Source: Candidatus Babeliales bacterium
Lineage (GTDB): Bacteria > Babelota > Babeliae > Babelales > JBFXEV01
DNA length: 64,000 nucleotides
Reading direction: 5' to 3'
NCBI GenBank assembly: GCA_050179755.1
Contig: JBFXEV010000001.1
Span: 681,994 to 745,993 of the forward strand
Part shown: positions 30,890 to 40,128 of the stretch, in pieces
Layout of the letters: each line of letters opens with the position of its first letter
How positions within the stretch are numbered: position 1 is the stretch's first letter
Position numbers and translations under genes: made by a program
The notes under the pieces: generated by a model
Told to the model about the DNA's origin: nothing
What the model saw: only the letters and a program-made list of their open reading frames with translations
Databases searched by the model: none

Positions 30890-31762
30890 ATGGAAAGAAA
30901 GGTAGGAAAGCACATAATCACCACCACCAATGAAGATGTAATTTGGTTTCCAAAATCAAAGATAACCAAGGGTGACGTGCTTAATTATTATGAAAAAATT
31001 GCACCAATTATGGTGCCACACATGTATGGTCATCCGGTAACAATGCTTCGGTATGTCGATGGCATACAAGGTGAAGGGTTTTATCACAAAGATGCGCCAA
31101 CGTATTTTCCAAAATGGATCAAGCGATGTAATGTTGCAAAAAAAGAAGATGGCACAACAAGTTATGTGTTGTGTAATGAACCCGCAACGTTAGTTTATTT
31201 GGCACAACAAGCATGCCTTGTGCCACATCTCTGGCTGAGTAAATGTGATAAGCTTAATTCTCCTGATCTTTTAATTTTTGATTTAGATCCGGCAAAACAA
31301 CCATTTTCATTTATTTGTGATGTTGCGTTACGATTAAAAGAAATCTTAGAAGCGAATAATTTGGTGCCATTTATAAAACTTACTGGCTCCCGCGGTTTAC
31401 ATGTTACCGTACCCATAAAACGTTTGTATACGTTTGATTTTGTTCGTGATTTTGCAAAGGAAGTTGGCCAAATTTTGGTTGAAGATGATCCTAAAAATCT
31501 TACCATGGAAATCAGAAAAGAAAAAAGAAAAGGGCGGTTATTTATTGATATTAATCGTAATGGATTTACCGCAACAGCTGTGGCGCCATATGCCATTCGT
31601 GCATATGAAAAGGCGCCGGTTGCAGCACCATTACTTTGGGATGAAGTGAAGAAAAAAGGTTTGACCGCTCAAAAATATAACATCTCAAATATATTCAAGC
31701 GGTTGTCGCGTATCGGCGATCCATGGCATGATATACAAAAGCATGCTACAAAGTTGCCGTAG
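30890..31762 (+). CDS. Stand-alone LigD primase-polymerase domain protein
   Basis: ITKGDVLNYY, FYHKD, IFDLDP, KLTGSRGLHV, LFIDINRN, VAPYAIRA. Confidence 0.9.
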   Translation: MERKVGKHIITTTNEDVIWFPKSKITKGDVLNYYEKIAPIMVPHMYGHPVTMLRYVDGIQGEGFYHKDAPTYFPKWIKRCNVAKKEDGTTSYVLCNEPATLVYLAQQACLVPHLWLSKCDKLNSPDLLIFDLDPAKQPFSFICDVALRLKEILEANNLVPFIKLTGSRGLHVTVPIKRLYTFDFVRDFAKEVGQILVEDDPKNLTMEIRKEKRKGRLFIDINRNGFTATAVAPYAIRAYEKAPVAAPLLWDEVKKKGLTAQKYNISNIFKRLSRIGDPWHDIQKHATKLP

Positions 31763-31831
31763 AATATCTGTTGTTATTATATAAATATGGTATACTTTAA
31801 AATATATGATTTAGCTGTCCAGGAGGCCCTT

Positions 31832-32044
31832 ATGAAACTACCATTACCAGATTTAGTTCCTCAATATATCGTTGACAAGTCAGGCAAAAAAACTAGTGTT
31901 GTTATTGATATAGCAAGATTTGAGCATTTTTTAGATGAAGTTGAAGATATGTATCTTGCTCTTCTTGCCAAAAAAACTCTTGAAGAAGATGACGAGTATG
32001 TTTCACATGAGGATGTGCGGCGCATGAGCGGAGATAAAGAGTAA
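31832..32044 (+). CDS. Putative antitoxin
   Basis: AGGAGG RBS; QYIVDKSGKKTSVVI; acidic tail; directly upstream of a RelE-like gene. Confidence 0.7.
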   Translation: MKLPLPDLVPQYIVDKSGKKTSVVIDIARFEHFLDEVEDMYLALLAKKTLEEDDEYVSHEDVRRMSGDKE

Positions 32045-32048
32045 TTTC

Positions 32049-32321
32049 ATGCAGCATGCTAAAATGAAAAAAGTTATTTGGCGAGCAAAGGCTTCAAAGC
32101 AATTTTTGAAATTACCTCGTTATGATCGTGATGCAGTTATTGGAAAGATAGATCTCCTTGCTTCAGGCGCACTTAATTTAGACATTAAGAAGCTGAAGGG
32201 TTACGACTTTTATAGGCTACGAGTTGGTACTTACCGAGTTATATATCAACTCATTGATGGGGAGTTTTGCATCGTGATTATAGGCGTTGGGCATCGAAAA
32301 CAAGTATACGATGATTTATAA
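32049..32321 (+). CDS. RelE/ParE-family type II toxin
   Basis: IKKLKG..YRLRVGTYRVIY..VGHRKQVY. Confidence 0.88.
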   Translation: MQHAKMKKVIWRAKASKQFLKLPRYDRDAVIGKIDLLASGALNLDIKKLKGYDFYRLRVGTYRVIYQLIDGEFCIVIIGVGHRKQVYDDL

Positions 32322-32362
32322 TTTTTTATTGATTTTCTTACGTTCAAACTCATAAAATCTAC

Positions 32363-32408
32363 ATCAACCCACTCACATTTTTGTATAACTAGATGTAAGT
32401 GGGTTGAT
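32363..32408. terminator. Hairpin between convergent genes
   Basis: ATCAACCCACT/AGTGGGTTGAT inverted repeat. Confidence 0.55.
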
Positions 32409-32417
32409 AAAAAATCC

Positions 32418-32738
32418 TTAACCTAACGGCCTTCCGCCTTTTAAATTATGATCAGTTCTTTCAGGGTATTTTTCACCACGTTTTTTCTCTAATTTTTCAA
32501 GAGCCTTTTGGAGTGCATCTTCTGCAAAGGCAGTGAGTGTTAACCCCGGCTCCCAATAGACTGCATCTTTTACCTTATTAATGAGGTCGGTTGAAAGATG
32601 AATGGTTACTCGTTGCTTTGGTGAAACATCACTTGTATCATTTTTTGTTTTTTGCGCTGTGCTATTTTTTTTAGGCTCAATTTCTTGAGACAAGTAAGCC
32701 ATTAACGGATTACTGCCAATTGTTTTTTTATTACTCAT
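32418..32738 (-). CDS. Small ribbon-helix-helix-like ParA partner protein
   Basis: Flexible N-terminus, then QRVTIHLSTDLINKVKDAVYW..LTAFAEDAL; downstream of parA. Confidence 0.6.
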   Translation of the reverse strand: MSNKKTIGSNPLMAYLSQEIEPKKNSTAQKTKNDTSDVSPKQRVTIHLSTDLINKVKDAVYWEPGLTLTAFAEDALQKALEKLEKKRGEKYPERTDHNLKGGRPLG

Positions 32739-32819
32739 GTAAACTCCTTGCTTATATAATTCCTTAATAATCCCGCGAATGTGGTATTTTGAAAAAATGA
32801 CAAAGTTATTCGAGAGATT

Positions 32820-33596
32820 TCAAACAATAACTGTTTGTTTCTGTTCCTGCAAAATCACTTCACTTGCCAAACTTCTATAATCGAATGCACCATACGAGCG
32901 TGTATCATATTCAGTAATTGGTTTGGTAAATGAAGGCGCTTCAGAAAGCCGCACGTTCTCACGAATTGCCGTTTTATAAAGCATTCCCTTAAAGTTAGAT
33001 TCAAGCGCAGATACTACTTCTTTTGCATGTTTGGTTCTACCATCAACACGGCAGGGCACAATGCCTGCAATATGCAAATCTTTATTTAACCGTTCTTTAA
33101 TTACATCAATAGTTTGCATTAATTGTACCAAGCCGCTCAATGCCATTACGCGTGCTTCTACCGGAATAATCACTTCTTGCACGGCAGTGAGTGCATTGAT
33201 GGTCAATATTCCTAAATTGGGTGGGCAATCGATAAGCACATAATCATACTTGCCGGAGAGTTTTTTGAATTGCTGTTTTAAAATTGTTTCTGAGCCAACT
33301 TCATGCGCCAAGGCTTTATCAAGGCCAAAGAGCCAATTTGATGCAGGAACGGCATCAAGATATTCAACTTCTGTTCTGGTGATAATGGCATCAATGTGTA
33401 CTTTGTTTACAAATACATCATAGAGGCTTTTACCATCACCGTCTGATACGCCAAGCCACGAGCTTGTAGATCCTTGCGGATCAAGATCAATGAGTAATAC
33501 GTTTCGTTTGTTTTCAGCAAGACCTGCTGCAAGATTTACGGCGGTAGTTGTTTTGCCACTGCCACCTTTTTGATTAATTACCGCAATTGTGCGCAT
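32820..33596 (-). CDS. parA: ParA/Soj-family ATPase
   Basis: NQKGGSGKTT, IDLDPQG, IDCPP, IRENVRLSEAPS. Confidence 0.92.
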   Translation of the reverse strand: MRTIAVINQKGGSGKTTTAVNLAAGLAENKRNVLLIDLDPQGSTSSWLGVSDGDGKSLYDVFVNKVHIDAIITRTEVEYLDAVPASNWLFGLDKALAHEVGSETILKQQFKKLSGKYDYVLIDCPPNLGILTINALTAVQEVIIPVEARVMALSGLVQLMQTIDVIKERLNKDLHIAGIVPCRVDGRTKHAKEVVSALESNFKGMLYKTAIRENVRLSEAPSFTKPITEYDTRSYGAFDYRSLASEVILQEQKQTVIV

Positions 33597-33707
33597 TCAC
33601 TACTCCTAGTATAAAGTTAATCATAACTGATATAACTTTATGATAATAGGAGTGTTGTTGTCAATGATTACTATGCAGACAAGGTGTACGTTGTATTAGC
33701 GAGCAAC

Positions 33708-34634
33708 TTACTGTTCATGTTTTTCAAGTAATTGTGCAATATCAGTATGGCCTGCTTCTTGTGCAAACATGCGCGGTGTTTGGCCTTTGTTATCGTTTGT
33801 GTAAACATCTGAGCCATGCGCCAAAAGTAATTCCACAATCTCTCTGTTTCCTCCATACGATGCATAATGGAGTGGAATTCTACCGAATTTATCTTTTATA
33901 TTTACCTGAGCACCATGAGCTATAAGCAATTGTGGGGTTTCTAAATTATATTGAATATGTAACGCCGTTCGGTTAAGGTCATCTTGAGCATTCACTTTCG
34001 CACCATGAGTCAGTAGTAGTTCAGTGATTTCTACATTTCTTGCACCATGCAATGCTCTCCTGCCATCAACGTCTTTTGCGTTCACGTCAGCGCCATGGAT
34101 CAATAGTAGTTTAACTATATCTTTCCAGAAGAGGTGGGGTGAATGAGTGTGTAAGGCTGTTTTGCCATCCATATCTTTTGCATTTACATCTGCGTTATGT
34201 GCTATCAAGAAAGCAGCCATTGGTGGAGTGAATGCGTAATGGAGTGCTGTTTTGCCACGATTATCTTTGGCATTTATATCTGCACCATGCTCTAGTAATA
34301 ATTTAATGATGTTAGGGTGCCATGCCAGGTGAATTGCTGCATTTCCGTCATCATTTTTTATATTCACATTTGCACCGTGCGCTAATAATACTTTAATGAG
34401 TGATGTTTTCTCACTGCTACCCCATAATAATGAAGGATTCTTTAAAGCTTTTTTTAATAGTTCAGTTGCATCAGCACCAGCAGCTAACTTTTTCTTGATG
34501 ATGAATATTTTTACTTTGTTAATGATAGTAACAATATAGTGCTGAATGCGCGTCCATATATGTCTTGCAAAGATTATACCACCAACCAAAAGAATAAATC
34601 CTATCAAATAAATTAATGCGTTCTTCATATACAC
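33708..34634 (-). CDS. Membrane-anchored ankyrin-repeat protein
   Basis: N-terminal TM helix; about seven GKTALH..LL.HGADVNAKD repeats. Confidence 0.92.
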   Translation of the reverse strand: MYMKNALIYLIGFILLVGGIIFARHIWTRIQHYIVTIINKVKIFIIKKKLAAGADATELLKKALKNPSLLWGSSEKTSLIKVLLAHGANVNIKNDDGNAAIHLAWHPNIIKLLLEHGADINAKDNRGKTALHYAFTPPMAAFLIAHNADVNAKDMDGKTALHTHSPHLFWKDIVKLLLIHGADVNAKDVDGRRALHGARNVEITELLLTHGAKVNAQDDLNRTALHIQYNLETPQLLIAHGAQVNIKDKFGRIPLHYASYGGNREIVELLLAHGSDVYTNDNKGQTPRMFAQEAGHTDIAQLLEKHEQ

Positions 34635-34830
34635 CTTGCATGAGATATTTGGTTTCTTATTTCTGTTCTTATCAAATACTTGGCATGTTATATTGGCAGA
34701 AGATGTATTTTGTTATTTGGTTATTGTTACCCGTATAGCTTGCCCTTTTTTAGTTTTTTTATCGCAAGCCCGTGAGTGAACATCGCTTGCGGTATGAATA
34801 AAGAGTTGTTGTATTCATGAGTTATTACGA

Positions 34831-35223
34831 TTAGCCAACAGGTGGCATATAATTATCAACAAATACGCTAAAACCAAGCGGTGCAGCTGGCTTCAATAAG
34901 ATGTCTATTCTGGTAATATTACAGTCTGGTATCAATATTAATTCATTGCCATTGCCAATACCAGTTAACTTTTTCACCGTTAATTTGGTGGGGCATGGAA
35001 AATTTAGAATACCCGTAGGTTGATGAGGGTGAAATCGTTGCACTAATGTTTGGCCATTTTGTGCTTCAAATTTTATTTCTATTATGCCATCAGTAAAGTT
35101 TCGAAAGTTTCCCGGTTGAATTACAAATGCTTGTATTCCAGAGGTAGCTATTAAGGTTAAAGCTAGTGTTAGTGCATAGATTATTTTATTATTTTTCATG
35201 ATTTTCCTTTTTAAGGTAATCAT
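34831..35223 (-). CDS. Small secreted protein, array family B
   Basis: Signal peptide; NFTDG..NFPCP..KKLTGIG..CN shared with 36050. Confidence 0.65.
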   Translation of the reverse strand: MITLKRKIMKNNKIIYALTLALTLIATSGIQAFVIQPGNFRNFTDGIIEIKFEAQNGQTLVQRFHPHQPTGILNFPCPTKLTVKKLTGIGNGNELILIPDCNITRIDILLKPAAPLGFSVFVDNYMPPVG

Positions 35224-35247
35224 CCACGAGTTTCCTCGTGGATGATT
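35218..35247. terminator. 13-bp perfect hairpin between array genes
   Basis: AATCATCCACGAG-TTTC-CTCGTGGATGATT. Confidence 0.55.
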
Positions 35248-35268
35248 TAATTTACTATTCTCTTTTAC

Positions 35269-35949
35269 TTAATTTGCTGCGTTAAGATCACCTTTAAGAG
35301 TTGTTCCAAAGAAATTAGGTATCTGGTATGTTCCATCATTTTGAACATTGATTTTTAAGTTACCAAAATCTTTTTTGAGCGGTGTGTAAATAGTCAAAGT
35401 TTCAGTCCATTGTTTTGCACGAGGGCCTTTTGCATATACTTTGATAGCTGTATGTCTTTTTGGATCAGCTGCTTTTGCATCTGTGGCTTCTTGTGCTACT
35501 TTTGCAGGCGTTCCTTCGGGGAACGATTCATCAAGACTAAATACGTAAAATAATATTTTATACGGTTCGTTTGGATACGGCCCTTTAGAGAAAGTTATTG
35601 CATACAATTTTTTGCCAACATTGGGAACAGGTAATATAATTTCTTTATTCTCAGTGATGGTGCGAAAATTTGTAATATTCTTTTGTGCTTCGAGAGTATT
35701 ATAATCTTCTCTATCACCAGCAGAACCCATTACTTTTGAGGCTGAGTGTCCTTTTGCTGTTATAACTTGCTTGCAACCAGTTGCGCCTTCGCCGCAAATT
35801 ATCTGAACTGATTCTATATCTTCTTTTTTAATCTCAACTTGGTTACTGTCTTGTTTTGCAAAACTCATCTGTATGAGAGCCAAGCAAGCAAGAGCGGCAA
35901 GGGTTGTTATTTTATTGTTCATGAGAACTCCTTTTTTATTTAGTGGCAT
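35269..35949 (-). CDS. Secreted protein, array family A
   Basis: Signal peptide; IC.....GC, LP..GKK, KILFY.F.L, KVY....QWT. Confidence 0.7.
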   Translation of the reverse strand: MPLNKKGVLMNNKITTLAALACLALIQMSFAKQDSNQVEIKKEDIESVQIICGEGATGCKQVITAKGHSASKVMGSAGDREDYNTLEAQKNITNFRTITENKEIILPVPNVGKKLYAITFSKGPYPNEPYKILFYVFSLDESFPEGTPAKVAQEATDAKAADPKRHTAIKVYAKGPRAKQWTETLTIYTPLKKDFGNLKINVQNDGTYQIPNFFGTTLKGDLNAAN

Positions 35950-36049
35950 ATTGTATCATAGTGATAAAGATTATCTATGTACAGATAAGGCCTAATATCT
36001 ATCTTCTATCCTCATTGTAACAAAATTTGCCTCTGGAAATCAAGGGTTT

Positions 36050-36478
36050 TTAAGGTATTGCTTGGTCAAATATAAGCCCATTGGGGCCGTCCCCTACAAT
36101 AAGATTAATGGCGTTACAATTTTGCCTGGTCCAAAAAGAGCTTATTTTGCCAGCTCCCGTACCGGTAAGCTTTTGTATTTTGATTTTGCGTGGGCAAAAT
36201 GGAAAATTGGTGGTTCCTGATTCACCCTTGCCATAATATAATATGGTAGATGCTTCAAAGCCTTGCTGTATTCTATCATTCGCTTCTTGTTTGATTCTAT
36301 CTAGTATTATGTCTGCAAAGGGATTTAGGCTTGAAATGCCACCAAGTGCTTGCTGTGATAATGCATCAAGTGATAATTGTATTTGGCCGTCTGTATTATT
36401 TTGCACATTAAGCGTGAGTGCTTCTATGCGTGTATACAATGCATTACTGATTGTAAGAATTAGTATTATTTTTTTCAT
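36050..36478 (-). CDS. Small secreted protein, array family B
   Basis: Signal peptide; NNTDG..NFPFCP..QKLTGTG..NCN. Confidence 0.65.
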   Translation of the reverse strand: MKKIILILTISNALYTRIEALTLNVQNNTDGQIQLSLDALSQQALGGISSLNPFADIILDRIKQEANDRIQQGFEASTILYYGKGESGTTNFPFCPRKIKIQKLTGTGAGKISSFWTRQNCNAINLIVGDGPNGLIFDQAIP

Positions 36479-36488
36479 ATCTATCCCC

Positions 36489-37106
36489 CTATGTTATGGT
36501 ATTTAAATCGTAAGTAATTGGCGCAGGTCTTACTAAGTTACCTGTGGTATCAGTATATGGTTGTGGATAATAAAATAATTTTGCTTCAGAATCAACAGTA
36601 ATAAGTGGTTTAAGTGCGGTAATAGGTTTTTCATTAAATGAAGTTAACAGGTATGTCCATTGATTTTGCTCTGGCAATTTATAATAAACTTTTAACACGC
36701 TTTTAATTTCTGGATGTTTTGTTTTTATATCAGCAATTTCTTGTGAGAATTTTGCATCTGATAACTCTGCAGGGATGTTATTAATATTAAATGCATAAAA
36801 TAACAATTTAATTTGTTGATTGGCATACTGTTTTTTGGTTGGGGTGAAAGCTATTATTTTTTGCCCCGAAGCTGGCAATGTTAATTCTGTTTCTTTTGTT
36901 GTTTTAATGGTACTTAAATTTTGTACATCAATGTTGATCTCTTTTGGTGAGAATTTATCGCTTGCACTTCCAATAGTCACATCGCCTGCCACGCAATCTC
37001 CTTGTGCTCCTACGCAAAAGAGTATTTCTTTGCGAACGGCAAAACAAAAAGAGCAATTAAATACGGTGATAATGATAATTGCAAAAGATTGAAAAGTGTG
37101 CTTCAT
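36489..37106 (-). CDS. Secreted protein, array family A
   Basis: FCVG...DCVAGD, LPASGQKIIAFTPT, QQIKLLFYAF, KVY...QWT. Confidence 0.7.
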   Translation of the reverse strand: MKHTFQSFAIIIITVFNCSFCFAVRKEILFCVGAQGDCVAGDVTIGSASDKFSPKEINIDVQNLSTIKTTKETELTLPASGQKIIAFTPTKKQYANQQIKLLFYAFNINNIPAELSDAKFSQEIADIKTKHPEIKSVLKVYYKLPEQNQWTYLLTSFNEKPITALKPLITVDSEAKLFYYPQPYTDTTGNLVRPAPITYDLNTIT

Positions 37107-37123
37107 AATTTTTCCTTATCCTA

Positions 37124-37489
37124 TTACGACATATTAATGCCTTGTGAAGGATCAAATGGTGCTGCTTTTAGTACAGAAGATTCGTTAAATTTAATTGAGA
37201 ACATATCGGCTTCTTTTGTAATAACGATTTCATAATTATCACAATTATTGCCTGCCCACATTTGCTTACCATTGATGGTTATTTGTTTTAAACAGTCTTG
37301 CTCTTGTCCAAAATTATAATCGCGCGTTGTCTGTGGGTCTACGTGAAGTACAGCAAAATTTATTGCTGATTTAATTAAGCCAACTTTAAGCGGTTCTTTG
37401 GTTTGATTGAGAATTTTTATATAGTTTGTTGCATATGCATCATATGCTATGCATAAGAATGCTAAGAATACTACAGCTAATTTCTTCAT
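37124..37489 (-). CDS. Small secreted protein, family B-like
   Basis: MKKLAV signal at 37489 (ORF-track start 37537 overlaps the promoter); LNQT..CLKQI..NC. Confidence 0.6.
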   Translation of the reverse strand: MKKLAVVFLAFLCIAYDAYATNYIKILNQTKEPLKVGLIKSAINFAVLHVDPQTTRDYNFGQEQDCLKQITINGKQMWAGNNCDNYEIVITKEADMFSIKFNESSVLKAAPFDPSQGINMS

Positions 37490-37534
37490 GATCTGGATTC
37501 CTTGTAAAATACCTACAATAGAGGCTCTAATCTC

Positions 37535-37573
37535 CACTTTTAGTATAGCATTTTTAATTTCTATTATGCAATA
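37535..37573 (-). promoter_or_regulatory. Duplicated sigma70-like promoter, copy 1
   Basis: TTGCAT-18 nt-TATACT with an extended-10 TG; 35/39 identical to 45236-45274. Confidence 0.7.
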
Positions 37574-37636
37574 TTTTGCAGGGTTGGTAAGGGTTCTTGC
37601 AGGTTAAACAAAGATAGGCAAGGGGGGAGGGGGGGT

Positions 37637-37669
37637 TAAAGCCGCTCAGTCTAGTGATGAGCGGCTTTA
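37637..37669. terminator. Hairpin after the esterase gene
   Basis: TAAAGCCGCTCA/TGAGCGGCTTTA 12-bp stem. Confidence 0.6.
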
Positions 37670-37683
37670 CTTATCAAACTCTA

Positions 37684-40116
37684 TTAGGCAGAAGGATTAG
37701 GAATTACTTCACATGGTTCAAGATCATATACACTAATTAATTCGCGTGTATCACCAAATGTTTCCACCCAAGCACCAATGGCACCTAAATCTAAAATCTT
37801 TGGTATATCAAGTTGCTGGCCTAATTCAAATGGTATATCGCTTGTGCGCACAATGGTGGTACTGTTTTCAATAATATCTAAATACACAAGACGCAGTTCA
37901 TCTTCTACCGTTGCAATGGCAGCTGATTTGGTACCTTGATCAGCATATACTTGTGCGCCAATAAAGGTACTAAAATCTATTAAGCTGCTGGTGGTAATTT
38001 CATAGATAGGGTCAGTGCCACGATCTTCCAATTGTTTTGCTGATGCCAAAACGTTTCTAAATGATTTATTAAAATAAAATCCTGTAGAAGCCATTTCTTC
38101 TTTATAGAAAAAGTCATCAGTGCTTGTAGCAGTGTCAATAAAATTGACAGGGCTTGTAGTGCGAATGCCGCCTGGTTCAAGAATTCCAGCTTGGTCAATA
38201 TTAACCGGTTGCATGCGCCAATTATCAGGAAGCGTTGCAAGGTTGGCGCCTCCCAGCACGTTGCCAGTTGGAAAGTTAACTCTAAATGTATAATTATCGG
38301 CAGGCCCGAGCGCAAATACAGCAGCAGCATCTTCAAGGCCTGAGGCAATTTGATTATGCTCAAATACACCTTCTTGAATATCAAGTGTTATTTGCGTCAG
38401 ATTACGCAAACCGCTCATTCCTTGATAGTTAGAACTATCAGGTGGCACGATTGGTTGCCCTAGAAGGCCTGCACCAATGCCAAAAAAGCCTTGTCTTCCA
38501 ATTTTAAATAATGCACCCGGCCCATTGATAATAATAGACGCTTGAACACTGTTATCATTAAGCGAAGGATCTGCAAAGGCTCGTGCTTTGCTATATAAAT
38601 TACCAATTTGAAAGCCACCGCCAGCTCTTGTCTCATCACCAATAAGTACTTTACCATTATCAAGTATTTGTAAATTTATATTGGTAGCTTCTACTTCTGG
38701 AGGCAGCGTTTCTATGCCAAGTAATGTTCCTTTTTCAACAAATAATTGCGCATTTTCTTCAATAATAATGGTACCCGTGCCTATTATTTTAGATCGTACC
38801 ACGTTAGGGTCTTCTCCATTTTGAGAAAATACGGCAGATAGCATTTGGAATACTGTTCTGTTGCGTGAACAATTTTCATTAACAATGCAATCTGTGTGTT
38901 TGCCATTATAAAGAAGATATTCATGATCTACTTGTTCGTTTGCAAGTTTTACCGAGAGCATGCGGGCGCCACGCGCATTAATGAGTTCTAAATTACCACC
39001 ATCAAGAAAAAATGCTTGATGTTGTAACGTTTCAATAACATCTGGATCGTTTGATACGAACCAAGGATCTTTTTCTCGCCAACGCTCAATAGCAGTTTGA
39101 CTTAATACTAATGACACGGGAAATGTTATTGGTGTCCCGGGGATTTCTGTGCTGGCACCAATAAAAGGCCCCGGAGTAAATACCGGCGTGCCATCACCAT
39201 TTACCTGGAAAGGAAGATCCACAAAGTAGGTATTTACGAATGGGTTTACAAATTCACCTCGAATAGCAGCTAAGTTTGGGCTAAGTGCACCTGATAATGA
39301 AAAAAGTAAAAAGGTATTAGGGCCATTGGTGGGAGCAATTCTGCCAGTATCTGGGCCCGAAGTTGGTATTTCTGGTTGCACAAGACTGTTTAGTGAAAAT
39401 AGCGCCCCATCAAGAATGCCTGCAGTATTTGTATGTGCAAGATCGGTTGTTGCAATAGCCCAGAGCGGCGTGCCGCTTTCAGAGCCAAATCCAATAAATT
39501 TATCTGGGTGATTCATGGCCAGTAATGTAGAGCCATAGCCGCCCATTGATTGGCCTGCAAGCGCTCGATACGCTCTATCTGCTTTTGTGCGGAAATTTGC
39601 ATCAATAAAATTGACGGTATCTTCCACCAAAAAATCTTCAAAAAGTCCTGGCATTCTATTTACGCCATTTAATTCCGAATTAACATACCATGCTGAGGCA
39701 TAGTTTCTCAAGCCATCTGGAGTTACACCATTAATTAAGCTCGCATCAACCGATACTACAATGATAGGCGTAATTAATTTATTGTTAATTAAATCATCTA
39801 ACACCAATTTATCGCCGCATACAAAAAAAGTATGATCACCTTCAAAGCCGGGCAAATAATAAACGACCGGGTAACGTTCTGTGCTTGTCTCATATCCTCT
39901 TGGTAGATAGACAATTGCCAAACGAACATTATCTCCTTCGGGTGCCAAAGGTGATGGTGGAACTTTGTCTAACGTGGGTATACCAACAAGCACTAGTAAC
40001 CCCCCATTGCCAGGGTTGTTTATATCACCGCAAATGTTGGGGTCTATTGGATATATTATTGCATGAAGATGCGTTGTCATCAGTAGGGCAAGCAAAAAAG
40101 TTATGATGTATTTCAT
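37684..40116 (-). CDS. Secreted alpha/beta-hydrolase (esterase) with large C-terminal beta-rich extension
   Basis: VYLPRGY..RYPVVYYLPG, GQSMGGYG nucleophile elbow, candidate His in NGKH. Confidence 0.8.
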   Translation of the reverse strand: MKYIITFLLALLMTTHLHAIIYPIDPNICGDINNPGNGGLLVLVGIPTLDKVPPSPLAPEGDNVRLAIVYLPRGYETSTERYPVVYYLPGFEGDHTFFVCGDKLVLDDLINNKLITPIIVVSVDASLINGVTPDGLRNYASAWYVNSELNGVNRMPGLFEDFLVEDTVNFIDANFRTKADRAYRALAGQSMGGYGSTLLAMNHPDKFIGFGSESGTPLWAIATTDLAHTNTAGILDGALFSLNSLVQPEIPTSGPDTGRIAPTNGPNTFLLFSLSGALSPNLAAIRGEFVNPFVNTYFVDLPFQVNGDGTPVFTPGPFIGASTEIPGTPITFPVSLVLSQTAIERWREKDPWFVSNDPDVIETLQHQAFFLDGGNLELINARGARMLSVKLANEQVDHEYLLYNGKHTDCIVNENCSRNRTVFQMLSAVFSQNGEDPNVVRSKIIGTGTIIIEENAQLFVEKGTLLGIETLPPEVEATNINLQILDNGKVLIGDETRAGGGFQIGNLYSKARAFADPSLNDNSVQASIIINGPGALFKIGRQGFFGIGAGLLGQPIVPPDSSNYQGMSGLRNLTQITLDIQEGVFEHNQIASGLEDAAAVFALGPADNYTFRVNFPTGNVLGGANLATLPDNWRMQPVNIDQAGILEPGGIRTTSPVNFIDTATSTDDFFYKEEMASTGFYFNKSFRNVLASAKQLEDRGTDPIYEITTSSLIDFSTFIGAQVYADQGTKSAAIATVEDELRLVYLDIIENSTTIVRTSDIPFELGQQLDIPKILDLGAIGAWVETFGDTRELISVYDLEPCEVIPNPSA

Positions 40117-40128
40117 TATGATCTCTTT

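Noticed and set aside
32767..32820. Weak hairpin resembling the REP-like family (also 7852-7881)
   Set aside because: Too degenerate to assign confidently by eye.
33708..34400. ~99-bp periodic repeats suggestive of an array
   Set aside because: They are ankyrin-coding repeats, not CRISPR; no cas genes or constant repeat-spacer pattern anywhere in the window.
37621..37635. G tract as a phase-variation site or G-quadruplex
   Set aside because: Two short runs (G6 and G7) outside the promoter spacer and coding sequence; insufficient evidence.
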